From Microbacterium phage Ixel, in the sequence record MT451983.1: a stretch of DNA of 32,000 nucleotides, one strand, 5' to 3'. Under the pieces are notes generated by a model that saw nothing but the letters and a program-made list of their open reading frames with translations, had not been told where the DNA came from and ran no database searches. Below are positions 17,126-25,097 of the stretch, piece by piece. The position numbers and the translations under genes were made by a program. Numbering within the stretch: the stretch's first letter is position 1; each line of letters starts with the position of its first letter.

Positions 17126-19013
17126 GCGGCTCACCTCCCCAACAGCGGCTGATAGTGACATCTGCCTTGAGGAAGAACTTTCGGTCGAGTGTGTCATCAG
17201 CCTTCTCCATTGTCTCCTTGACGATACGGCCTACTCGACGAGCTGTCTTATACGGGGCCGTAAGACAGACGGAGTCGTGAACCGTGGTTATAAGTTTAGC
17301 CCCCAGCTCGGGGAGCCGCAAGTCTCTAGCCAGCCTACCAAGGCTCACTAGCATGAAGTCGCTTCCAGTTGACTGCACCGGAGAGTTGATGGCCTGACGG
17401 AAGGCATTCTCCTGCACCCAGTAGTCAGGGTGGTAGACCTTGGGTAGGTGCCTGAAGCGCCCGAACTCGTTGTGCACCCCGCCGTACTCGATCGCTTCCT
17501 TGCGCTGCTGACGATACCACGGCTCCAGGCCGGTGAAGGTTTCGAAGTACTCAGACCGGAACTTGCCCGAGTCCTTGGGGTTGATGACCACGCCATAGTT
17601 CTCGAAGACGTAGTCAGCGAAGTGCTTCTCACGCATGCCGTAGATGAAGCCGAAGTTGACGCCCTTGGCCAGGCTGCGATGCTCCTTGGTGATCTCCTTG
17701 TCCTTGACGAGCTTGTGCGCCATGAACATGTGGATGTCCTCGTCGGCCTCGAACAGCTCGATCATGGTGCGGTCGCCACTGAGCCTCGCTGCGATGCGAA
17801 GCTCCAGCTGACTGAAGTCCACCTCGATCCAGGCCTGTCCGCGCTCGCCGAAGATGTTGCGTGTGGCCTTGTCGCGGGGGATCTGCTGCGAGTTGAGACC
17901 GGGGTTACCCCACGGGTCGGCCACATCAGCCTTGGACTTGACCTTGGTCGGAGAGCTGCTGCTGAGCCTGCCTGTGACGGTGCCTGTGAGGCTGAAGCTC
18001 GTGCTGATGCGGCCCTCCCGAGTGCGCTCCTCGATGGGGATCAGGAAGCCGGTGAGGTTCTTGTACAGCGCTCCTCGCTCGATGAGCAACCGAGCTGCGG
18101 GATGGTCGATCTTGTTGAGGTTCTCAGCGCTGACGCTGGGGTTGCCCTCGGGCCAGGTCTTGGTCGGCTTGCCACGAGCAGGCACGGTAGCACCCTGGTA
18201 GACGTACAGCCACCACTTGGTCCAGTTGGTGTTGCCCCACTTGGGCTTCGTCTTCTGGAGCCAGTCGGGCCAGCGCTCCTTGTCGGGGATGGAGGCATCC
18301 AGCTTCTGCTCGATGGCTGCGATCTGCTCTTCCACCCGGTCGCGGGTCTTCTGGAGCAAGCCGAGGCGCACCGGGATGCGATTGTCCTCCATCTGCCTCA
18401 GCGCGGGGCTGGCAGGCAGCATGACCTCTCGCATGACCCGCACAGGGTCCTCGCCAGGCCGGAGGTTCTTCCTGATGTGGCGTCGTTGCCACTTCAGCAG
18501 CTCCCGAGTGTAGTGAACGTCCTTGCCGTTGTAGATGCTGACGCGCTTCTTGCTGACCTTGTAGCGCTCCCGAGGGATCTTGACCTGGTCCTTCTCGAAC
18601 CGGCCGAACTCCTCTGCGTAGCCTGCCACGTTGTCGTCTGCCCAGTCCTCGTACCCGAGCAGGCGTACGACCAGCTCCTTCAAGCCGATCGGGTGGTTCT
18701 CGTCGATGAGGTGCGCCATGAACATTGTGTCCCACACGGTGCGCACCTTGGCCCCGTAGCTCTTGAGCCAGCGCTCCTCGAAGGGGCTGTTGTGAGCGAC
18801 CATACGACTGATCTTGAGCTTGGCCAGCTCTCGGAGGTCCTTGGGCCACCACACCATCACGTCTTCACGATCGTACGGGGCGAAGCCGACACACAGGATG
18901 CGGCCCTTGCCGACGGTGAGGCTCGTGGTCTCGATGTCGGTGATGATGAGGGACTTGCTCTGCGCAAGGTACGCTTGTACCTCGGCGAGATCGTCGCTGA
19001 TGAGTAGCTGCAT
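17112..19013 (-). CDS. Family A DNA polymerase with 3'-5' exonuclease domain
   Basis: 633 aa; ITDIETTSL (exo I), AWIEVDFSQLELRIAARLSGD (motif A), RSLAKGVNFGFIYG (motif B), TTVHDS (motif C). Confidence 0.95.
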   Translation of the reverse strand: MQLLISDDLAEVQAYLAQSKSLIITDIETTSLTVGKGRILCVGFAPYDREDVMVWWPKDLRELAKLKISRMVAHNSPFEERWLKSYGAKVRTVWDTMFMAHLIDENHPIGLKELVVRLLGYEDWADDNVAGYAEEFGRFEKDQVKIPRERYKVSKKRVSIYNGKDVHYTRELLKWQRRHIRKNLRPGEDPVRVMREVMLPASPALRQMEDNRIPVRLGLLQKTRDRVEEQIAAIEQKLDASIPDKERWPDWLQKTKPKWGNTNWTKWWLYVYQGATVPARGKPTKTWPEGNPSVSAENLNKIDHPAARLLIERGALYKNLTGFLIPIEERTREGRISTSFSLTGTVTGRLSSSSPTKVKSKADVADPWGNPGLNSQQIPRDKATRNIFGERGQAWIEVDFSQLELRIAARLSGDRTMIELFEADEDIHMFMAHKLVKDKEITKEHRSLAKGVNFGFIYGMREKHFADYVFENYGVVINPKDSGKFRSEYFETFTGLEPWYRQQRKEAIEYGGVHNEFGRFRHLPKVYHPDYWVQENAFRQAINSPVQSTGSDFMLVSLGRLARDLRLPELGAKLITTVHDSVCLTAPYKTARRVGRIVKETMEKADDTLDRKFFLKADVTISRCWGGEPLAEF

Positions 19014-19038
19014 AGGGGTGGACTCCTAGGTAGTGTGG

Positions 19039-19173
19039 CCCCGCCTCGTCCCGGCATGCGACCGAGTTTCCAGCGGCCCTCTTGCAGTACTGGACTGAGC
19101 ACACACTAGTAGCTTGTGAAGCCTGCCCAGATATCTCCGGACAGTAGGGCCACGCTACTAGCACGAGGCGGGG
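19039..19173. repeat. Nested inverted repeats in the intergenic region upstream of the DNA polymerase
   Basis: CCCCGCCTCGT (19039-19049)/ACGAGGCGGGG (19163-19173) and CTAGTAGC (19106-19113)/GCTACTAG (19154-19161). Confidence 0.6.
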
Positions 19174-19194
19174 TTGTCTGTGAAGTTATTGTGC

Positions 19195-19270
19195 GGGGTC
19201 CCGGACCGGGCCGGGGCACATGAGAGGGCTGGATACCTCGTGCCCGAGCTTGTCGAAAGACCGGGACCCC
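19195..19270. repeat. Inverted repeat immediately 3' of the tRNA
   Basis: GGGGTCCCGG (19195-19204)/CCGGGACCCC (19261-19270), inner GGGCAC (19214-19219)/GTGCCC (19240-19245). Confidence 0.6.
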
Positions 19271-19273
19271 TAG

Positions 19274-19359
19274 TGGACCGGGTAGGATTCGAACCTACAC
19301 CACGATGCCTCGTGCCCTGGCGCAACAGGGCGAAGCTCTACCGATTGAGCTACCGGTCC
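19274..19359 (-). tRNA. tRNA with long variable arm; anticodon ambiguous (8-nt anticodon loop GTTGCGCC)
   Basis: Acceptor GGACCGG/CCGGTCC, D arm GCTC-AATCGGTA-GAGC, T arm GTAGG-TTCGAAT-CCTAC all perfect; variable arm ACGA/TCGT; no encoded CCA. Confidence 0.8.
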
Positions 19360-19432
19360 AGAAGAGGAGGCCCGCCAGCTCCTCGGGGGGAAGAAAGCTG
19401 ACGGGCCTCAGTGCGCTCAGCGCTGGGGACGC

Positions 19433-19818
19433 TTGCGCGCGGACGCCTTGGCTGCGGGCTTCGCCGCTGCGGCCTTGGCGGGGGCCTTCTTGGCGGGAGT
19501 CGCCTTGGCCTTGGGAGCGGGCTTCTCGTCGGCGACGACGCGCTCGATCTCCCAGCCGGACGGCAGCTCGTCGACGTTGGCGATGGCTCGGTCGACCAGC
19601 GCGTCGAACTCGTCGGCCTCGATGGCCTCCAGGAACGCCTGCCACGCGATGGCACGCATCGCCTTGTAGCGGTTCTTCTGGACGTCGATGCCGGTGGCCT
19701 CGATGACGCGGCCGATGCCCTCGTTGACGATCTGCTTCGGGGTCGCCTCGGCGGTGACCTCGGCCTCGACGGCCTCGACCTCGGCGGCTGCGGACTTGGT
19801 GGACTTGCGAGTGGCCAT
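19433..19818 (-). CDS. Histone-like basic-tailed protein, possible nucleoid-associated protein
   Basis: Globular ~95 aa then PKAKATPAKKAPAKAAAAKPAAKASARKRPQR; RBS AAGGAGAGCATC-ATG. Confidence 0.65.
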
Positions 19819-19965
19819 GATGCTCTCCTTGATAGTGGCCGGATGGGTGGACTTGACTTGTTGGCTGCTGTTGCTCGCCTGACAAGAGCTACTATGCCTG
19901 AACGGCTGGCAGAGCGCAAGCCCAAGCCAGAACTTTTCTCACATAGATTTCTTGCCCTAGCGGCG

Positions 19966-21351
19966 CTACCGATGTCGACGAGATTTGATGCGGGTGACAA
20001 CCTTGTGGAGGTGGTCGTGGTCCTCCTGGAGTGTGGCCCACACGTCTTCATCAACCGAGCCTCGGCCACACAGGAACCACACGGTCGGGCTGGCAGGACT
20101 CAGCTTGATGCGGTCAGAGGCCTGCTTGAACGTGACGTAGTTGAAGTCGGAGGTGTACCAGATGAGGTCGTTGGCCACCGAGATGTCCACGGCCATGCTC
20201 ACAGTACGCGGCTGCACGAGTAGCACCTTGACCCTCCGCTGGTTCTGGAAGGCCTCGATCACGTTGTTCTTCTGCTTGGTGTCTCCTGTGATGGTGAGGT
20301 GCTGGATGCCCTTCTTGCCGAGATACCAACGGATGAGCTTGATCTCCCACATGTGCGTCGCAGCAATGATGACCTTGCCGTTGCATCGACTCAGCACCTT
20401 GCCGAGAGCACCGAGCCTGGCCCGAGCTGCGGCAGGTACTGTGAAGCTGCGGCCCTCATCATCCTTGGCCCATCCTGCCACGAGGGTCCGCATGCGGAGC
20501 AGTCGTACCAGAGGGTTCAGGCCAATGACGGTGCGCTCACCCTGCGTGAACAGACCCTCCTTGTACATCTCCTTGTGCAGTGCCATCACAGCCTTCGGCA
20601 CCGGGTAGCGTACCTTGCGGATCGGCACCGGCTCCCCAGGCCCGACCATCGTGATGACGTTCGGCTGGAGGTAGGCGTTCAGCTCAAATTGACGCACCGG
20701 CCGGATCAGCTCGGGGAAGCCCTTGACCGTGGTCCACTCCCCGAAGTACTCCCGGAAGTCTCGAGCCGAGGGCCAGCGCTCCCGGATGCTCGGGTCGAGG
20801 AACGTCCACTGGCCGTACACAGCATCGATCTGGTTCGGGTTCGTAACAGGCGTGCCTGTCATGATCATCCGGTAATGCCACTTGGCTGCGAGGGGCCTGA
20901 TGTTGCGGCCCTGCACCGAGGAGGGGGTCTTGATCGTGTGAGACTCATCCAGCAGCATCATGCCCTGACCATCGCAGAGCTGCGACAGGAGGTTGAGGTA
21001 CGGACCGAGGCGCTTCCACGGGGCCTTGCCGAATTGCTCGTAGTTGACGAACATGATGTGAGTGACTCGGAACACTCCTCGGCCAGAGAGGTCAGGGTAC
21101 TCGTTTCCTGCCGTCAGCGGGTGGAACCTGTATGGTATCCTGAGCCACTTGGCGGCTTCGGTCTTCCAAGTGCCCTCAGCGATCTTAGGACCGACCACGA
21201 CGGCCACACGAGGGCAGACATGCTCGATCCACTTGAGAGCCACGGCGGTCTTCCCTGAGCGTGGCTCAGCCCAGAGGGCCGCGAAGTGTCTACCGGGTTC
21301 GGTGAGACGCTCTAGCGCGACCCTCTGGGAGTCCCTGAGCTGGAGGGTCAT
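19966..21351 (-). CDS. SNF2/DEAD-like superfamily 2 DNA helicase
   Basis: 461 aa; EPRSGKTAVAL, MMLLDESHTIKT, MIMTGTPVTNP, QASDRIKLSPASPTVWF. Confidence 0.85.
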   Translation of the reverse strand: MTLQLRDSQRVALERLTEPGRHFAALWAEPRSGKTAVALKWIEHVCPRVAVVVGPKIAEGTWKTEAAKWLRIPYRFHPLTAGNEYPDLSGRGVFRVTHIMFVNYEQFGKAPWKRLGPYLNLLSQLCDGQGMMLLDESHTIKTPSSVQGRNIRPLAAKWHYRMIMTGTPVTNPNQIDAVYGQWTFLDPSIRERWPSARDFREYFGEWTTVKGFPELIRPVRQFELNAYLQPNVITMVGPGEPVPIRKVRYPVPKAVMALHKEMYKEGLFTQGERTVIGLNPLVRLLRMRTLVAGWAKDDEGRSFTVPAAARARLGALGKVLSRCNGKVIIAATHMWEIKLIRWYLGKKGIQHLTITGDTKQKNNVIEAFQNQRRVKVLLVQPRTVSMAVDISVANDLIWYTSDFNYVTFKQASDRIKLSPASPTVWFLCGRGSVDEDVWATLQEDHDHLHKVVTRIKSRRHR

Positions 21352-22538
21352 TACTGCTTGGCGACCCGTCCGCGGAGGACGTTGAGCGCGACCAGCACAG
21401 CCCCGAGGAGGAGCGCCAGCACACCGGCCACCCAGGGGAGGGGGCTGGCCTCCGAGCCGGTCTCAGCCAGGCGCTCAGCCACGACCGGGGTCGGTGCTAC
21501 CTGTGCCTGAGCTGCAACCGGAGCAGGCTGCTGCGGGGCCGGGGGCTGGACCACAGGCGGCTCTTCCACCGGAGGCTCTTCCACAGGCGGCTCCTCGACC
21601 TCAGGCTCGAAGGTGTACACCTGGCATCCGATGGTGAAGGACTCGACAGTGGTAGACGAGGCTTCCGAGTGAGTGTACAGCAGGGTCACCGACGCCGAGA
21701 GGTTGCCGTTGAGACGGATGAACTCCTCGATCGTACCGAACGCGGGGTAGCCCATGCCGGGGTTGACACCATCGAACGTGCTGTTGGACCACAGCTTGCC
21801 GCCGTAGCTCGGCTCCTCCTCGAACACGATAGTGCCCTCGGGAGTGGTGATGTGCAGACCGACGTACTGAAGCGGGCTGGCATCGATGTTCAGCACGGTG
21901 CCGATGTCAGCGAGAGTGCCGTTGAACGGGACATTGAGCGAAGTCGTGTCCCAGCCTCCTGCCACGCTGAGCACTCCGTCGCCCGTGATGGTCTGGTGCC
22001 CGCTGACGGTCGTGCACGTCGGGACGTACTCGGTCGGCGGCTCCTCGTTGCCGGGGCAGGTGACCTCCGGAATGGCGGGATGCTCGATGTCCGGCACTAC
22101 CTCGGTGTACGCCTCGGTCACCAGACGCTCTTCGGTGACTTCAGGTGTGGCCGGGGTGTTCTCCCGGTAGAACCACGAGCCGTGTCCGTTGCCCTGCTGA
22201 TAGACACCGGTCTGGTCCTGGCCCGGTCCGCCCTCGGTGTGCGGCCCCTGCCAGGTCCCACGCTCGTCCTCGGGGAACGTCGGTGCTCCCTCCAGCGGAC
22301 CCTGGTCCTTGTTCGGCGAGAAGTTCCACCACTTGGTGGAAGCCTCGACAGCCGGAGTGACGACCACGGTCTCGTAGACAGCCGGGTGCTCGATATCGGG
22401 AACGACTTCGGTCCAGGCGGGGACTGCTGCGCTGGGCACACAGACCTCCGTCGCAGAAGCCGGTGCTGCGGTGAGCGCGAGGCCCCCCACAGCCAGGAGA
22501 GCCGCTACGACTCCTCCTGTGATCTTGCGAATGTTCAT
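21351..22538 (-). CDS. Secreted, predicted sortase-anchored (LAETG) cell-wall protein
   Basis: Start MNIRKITGG with RBS AAGGAGG; signal peptide VVAALLAVGGLALTAAPASA; PPVEEPP repeats; LAETG-20ish hydrophobic residues-RGRVAKQ C-terminus. Confidence 0.85.
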   Translation of the reverse strand: MNIRKITGGVVAALLAVGGLALTAAPASATEVCVPSAAVPAWTEVVPDIEHPAVYETVVVTPAVEASTKWWNFSPNKDQGPLEGAPTFPEDERGTWQGPHTEGGPGQDQTGVYQQGNGHGSWFYRENTPATPEVTEERLVTEAYTEVVPDIEHPAIPEVTCPGNEEPPTEYVPTCTTVSGHQTITGDGVLSVAGGWDTTSLNVPFNGTLADIGTVLNIDASPLQYVGLHITTPEGTIVFEEEPSYGGKLWSNSTFDGVNPGMGYPAFGTIEEFIRLNGNLSASVTLLYTHSEASSTTVESFTIGCQVYTFEPEVEEPPVEEPPVEEPPVVQPPAPQQPAPVAAQAQVAPTPVVAERLAETGSEASPLPWVAGVLALLLGAVLVALNVLRGRVAKQ

Positions 22539-22543
22539 GATGA

Positions 22544-22557
22544 TGTCCTCCTTGGAC
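22544..22557 (-). promoter_or_regulatory. Start-associated leader GTCCAAGGAGGACA
   Basis: Identical 14-mer also at 85-98 (+) and 27307-27320 (-), each 4-5 nt (22544, 85, 27307 copies) upstream of a start codon. Confidence 0.55.
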
Positions 22558-22599
22558 GTGTGGTGGTGAACAGAGCTAGCTTGCCTGATTGATGAGGGG

Positions 22600-22779
22600 T
22601 TACACAAGCCCTGTCGCGTGCCAGATGAGCACGGTGCGATAATCAACCTTGTACAGCCTTGCCAAAGCTGCCATATAGTTCCGATTGATGGTGGTGAGCT
22701 GATGCTCCAGCGAGTAGCGAAGCTGCCTCGTGATACGGTCATCCCCGCTGAGCATGGCCAGCACCTTGTCCGGGTCCAT
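22600..22779 (-). CDS. Small hypothetical protein (MDPDKVLAMLSGDDRITRQLRYSLEHQLTTINRNYMAALARLYKVDYRTVLIWHATGLV)
   Basis: 59 aa, starts next to the stop of the MazG-like gene, C-terminal part could form a helix-turn-helix. Confidence 0.55.
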   Translation of the reverse strand: MDPDKVLAMLSGDDRITRQLRYSLEHQLTTINRNYMAALARLYKVDYRTVLIWHATGLV

Positions 22780-22781
22780 GA

Positions 22782-23828
22782 TTACCCCAGGTCGGCTTCC
22801 CCGCTGAGCAGGATGCGCTGAAGCTCGGGCTTGAAGTAGTTCGGTCCCTTCTTGACCCGTCCCTCGAAGATGCCGTCGGGGTCATTCGGCCCTGCGATGA
22901 TGGCCTTGCCGTCGGCTCCGAACTTGCTCATGTTGGAGCGCTGCACCTCCTCGAAGAGCGGCTGAGCCTTGACGCCCATCTCGACCAGCAGGCCGAAGAC
23001 CACGTAGAGGATATCGATGCAGGCATCGACCGTCTCGGTGAGGTCACCTCGCTGGAGAGCGGGGATCAGCTCGTCCTCGAACTCCTCTCGGATCAGCTCG
23101 ACGCGGACGGCCACACGGTGCTGCGGGAGCGGGTGAGGAGCGAGACCCACCGGCTGACCCATGCCCTCGTGGAAGGTCTTGACCATCTCCTGCATGTCGG
23201 GCTTGCCGAGGAAGGGCCTGAGGTCGTCCAGGAGCTTCTCGCCGATGGCTCGTGCTCGGGTGCTCTCGAACGTGCCAGCACCGTCCAGGGTGCTCCAGCA
23301 GGCGCTCACTGCACCGAGGGCCTCGAACACGATGCGGCTGAGTTCTCCGACGTACTCGTCCGGCTCGAAGAACTTGGCCAGGCTGCGCTCATGCTGAGCT
23401 TCAGCCTCCTCGGCGATGGCCAGCTCAGCGGTTCCAGCCGCGTAGAGCTGGATGGCTTCCCACTGAGCCGCCGTGAAGCGATGCTCCCCGAGCTGCACGG
23501 TGTACCCCTCGGCGAAGGCCGACTCGGGCAGGTGGATCTCCGGAACAGAGACCTCTGCCTTGGCCAGCAGGCGGGCCAGGACGTACTCCCGGTTCTCGGT
23601 GCCTCCCACGACGTGATAGAGGTCCTCGAACTCCTCCGGGCTGGCGACCATGAACTTGCCGTCAGAGACCTTGACGATGTAGTCGCCAGGCACAGCGGTG
23701 TCCGAACCGACGACGATCCAGAAGCCGTCGCTGGAGGACATCTTGCGGCCTCCGCACCACTTGGTCAGCTCGTCGGCTCGTGCGAGGTCGAAGCGCTGCG
23801 CTTCGACGGTGGACTGATAGGTACTCAT
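22782..23828 (-). CDS. MazG/PRA-PH-like nucleoside triphosphate pyrophosphatase with N-terminal extension
   Basis: 348 aa; FHEGMGQP...RVELIREEFEDELIPALQRGDLTETVDACIDILYVVFG (ExxxE...DxxxD helices). Confidence 0.7.
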   Translation of the reverse strand: MSTYQSTVEAQRFDLARADELTKWCGGRKMSSSDGFWIVVGSDTAVPGDYIVKVSDGKFMVASPEEFEDLYHVVGGTENREYVLARLLAKAEVSVPEIHLPESAFAEGYTVQLGEHRFTAAQWEAIQLYAAGTAELAIAEEAEAQHERSLAKFFEPDEYVGELSRIVFEALGAVSACWSTLDGAGTFESTRARAIGEKLLDDLRPFLGKPDMQEMVKTFHEGMGQPVGLAPHPLPQHRVAVRVELIREEFEDELIPALQRGDLTETVDACIDILYVVFGLLVEMGVKAQPLFEEVQRSNMSKFGADGKAIIAGPNDPDGIFEGRVKKGPNYFKPELQRILLSGEADLG

Positions 23829-24529
23829 TGGGGGTTACCCTTTCTCTCTCGGCGGACGAGCCGCTGTTCCTTCTCGAACGCCTCGGTGATGCGGTCGATC
23901 TCATCCCAATTGACCAGGCATGGGTCATTGGGGTCCTCACAGCTGAACGGGCTGATGACCACGTTCAGCGCCTCGGCGAAGCCTGATGCCTCGGCCAAGA
24001 TGAGCTTCTTCTGCTGGGGGTCCTGCTCCTCCTCGGCGAGCGCTGCCAGCTCATTGTACGCGTTGTACAGCTTGCGTGTGATCTGAGCGCCGACCACGTC
24101 GCCAGCCTTCAGCACCGAGTTGAAGCGCACACGCTTGTCAGGAATGTGCTGGAACGCGCTCGTGGTCAGGTACCGGGCGATGTCCTCACTGGTCTCATGG
24201 CCAGCGTCGAGAGCTGCCTCGATAGCCTCGGTGATGACATCGATCGTGGTCACCCTCCCGCTGCGCATGCCCTCACGGTCATCGATCACCGCGAAGATGA
24301 TGCCCTGGCCGGAGAACGTTACCGGCTCGGCCTGCTGGAGGTCCGAGCGAGACTTCTTCTTAGCCACCTTCTTACCCTTCTGTTGACTGAGACCCTCGTC
24401 CCAGTAGCGGTCTAGCTCGGCCTGTGCCTCGGCTCGTGTGGCCTTGCGCTTGGTGCGCTTGACCAGCACCCCGATGGTGTGGAGGTGTCCGAGGTGAGCG
24501 TGAGCCTCAGCCGATGGTCTGGTCGACAT
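23825..24529 (-). CDS. Hypothetical protein in candidate DNA-modification operon
   Basis: 234 aa from MSTRPSAEAHAHLG; overlaps both neighbours; the longer ORF to 25027 is read through the kinase gene out of frame. Confidence 0.7.
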   Translation of the reverse strand: MSTRPSAEAHAHLGHLHTIGVLVKRTKRKATRAEAQAELDRYWDEGLSQQKGKKVAKKKSRSDLQQAEPVTFSGQGIIFAVIDDREGMRSGRVTTIDVITEAIEAALDAGHETSEDIARYLTTSAFQHIPDKRVRFNSVLKAGDVVGAQITRKLYNAYNELAALAEEEQDPQQKKLILAEASGFAEALNVVISPFSCEDPNDPCLVNWDEIDRITEAFEKEQRLVRRERKGNPQ

Positions 24530-25097
24530 CTTGCAGGAAGGCCAGGAGGCTGTCATCGCCGTCCACGAGACGCTCCAGGGGGAGCAGTCCCGTGTCCCAG
24601 CCCGAGGTCGGGCTGTCGAAGGCCTTGAGCGCCTGCTTGAAGGTGCCCGCCTCCTGGTAGTTCTCGACCTCGACGATGCTGACGGTCTTGAACAGCTCGT
24701 AGTTGCGTGCTCGGTTGAGCGCCATGAAGTAGTCGGCGAAGTAGTAGTACATGGGGTTGACTCGCCCGATGGGAGTGTCGACCACCTCGTCGGCCGTGAA
24801 CTCGGCCAGCTCGGGCTTGTGGATCTTGACCACGAGGTGAGTGTCCGGCATGGCGAACACGGTGCGGGGCCGCTCGTCGTTCCAGTCACGGTCGGGGAGG
24901 GCCAGCCGGTACACCATGTGGGTGAACCAGTCGATGCGGTCGAACGTGCCCACCAGACCCGCCTCGCTGCGCACGGCCTGAGCCAGCGCTGCGTGATTCT
25001 TCTTGGTAGCGTTGTAGGTCGGTGCATCGAAGCTCGTGAGCTTCGCAGCGCTCGTGCTCTTGCCGACCATATCGGGGCCTTCGAAAGCGATAAGCAT
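24507..25097 (-). CDS. dNMP (thymidylate-like) kinase
   Basis: 196 aa; MLIAFEGPDMVGKSTSAAKL P-loop at the extreme N-terminus, FDRIDWFTHMVY lid/DR motif. Confidence 0.7.
   Translation of the reverse strand: MLIAFEGPDMVGKSTSAAKLTSFDAPTYNATKKNHAALAQAVRSEAGLVGTFDRIDWFTHMVYRLALPDRDWNDERPRTVFAMPDTHLVVKIHKPELAEFTADEVVDTPIGRVNPMYYYFADYFMALNRARNYELFKTVSIVEVENYQEAGTFKQALKAFDSPTSGWDTGLLPLERLVDGDDSLLAFLQDVDQTIG

Noticed and set aside
17448-19007. 519-aa plus-strand ORF
   Set aside because: Antisense shadow of the family A polymerase, whose motifs are unambiguous.
24530-25027. N-terminal 166 aa of the 23825-25027 ORF
   Set aside because: Reads through the kinase gene in another frame with Arg/Ser/Pro bias; the true start is most likely 24529.
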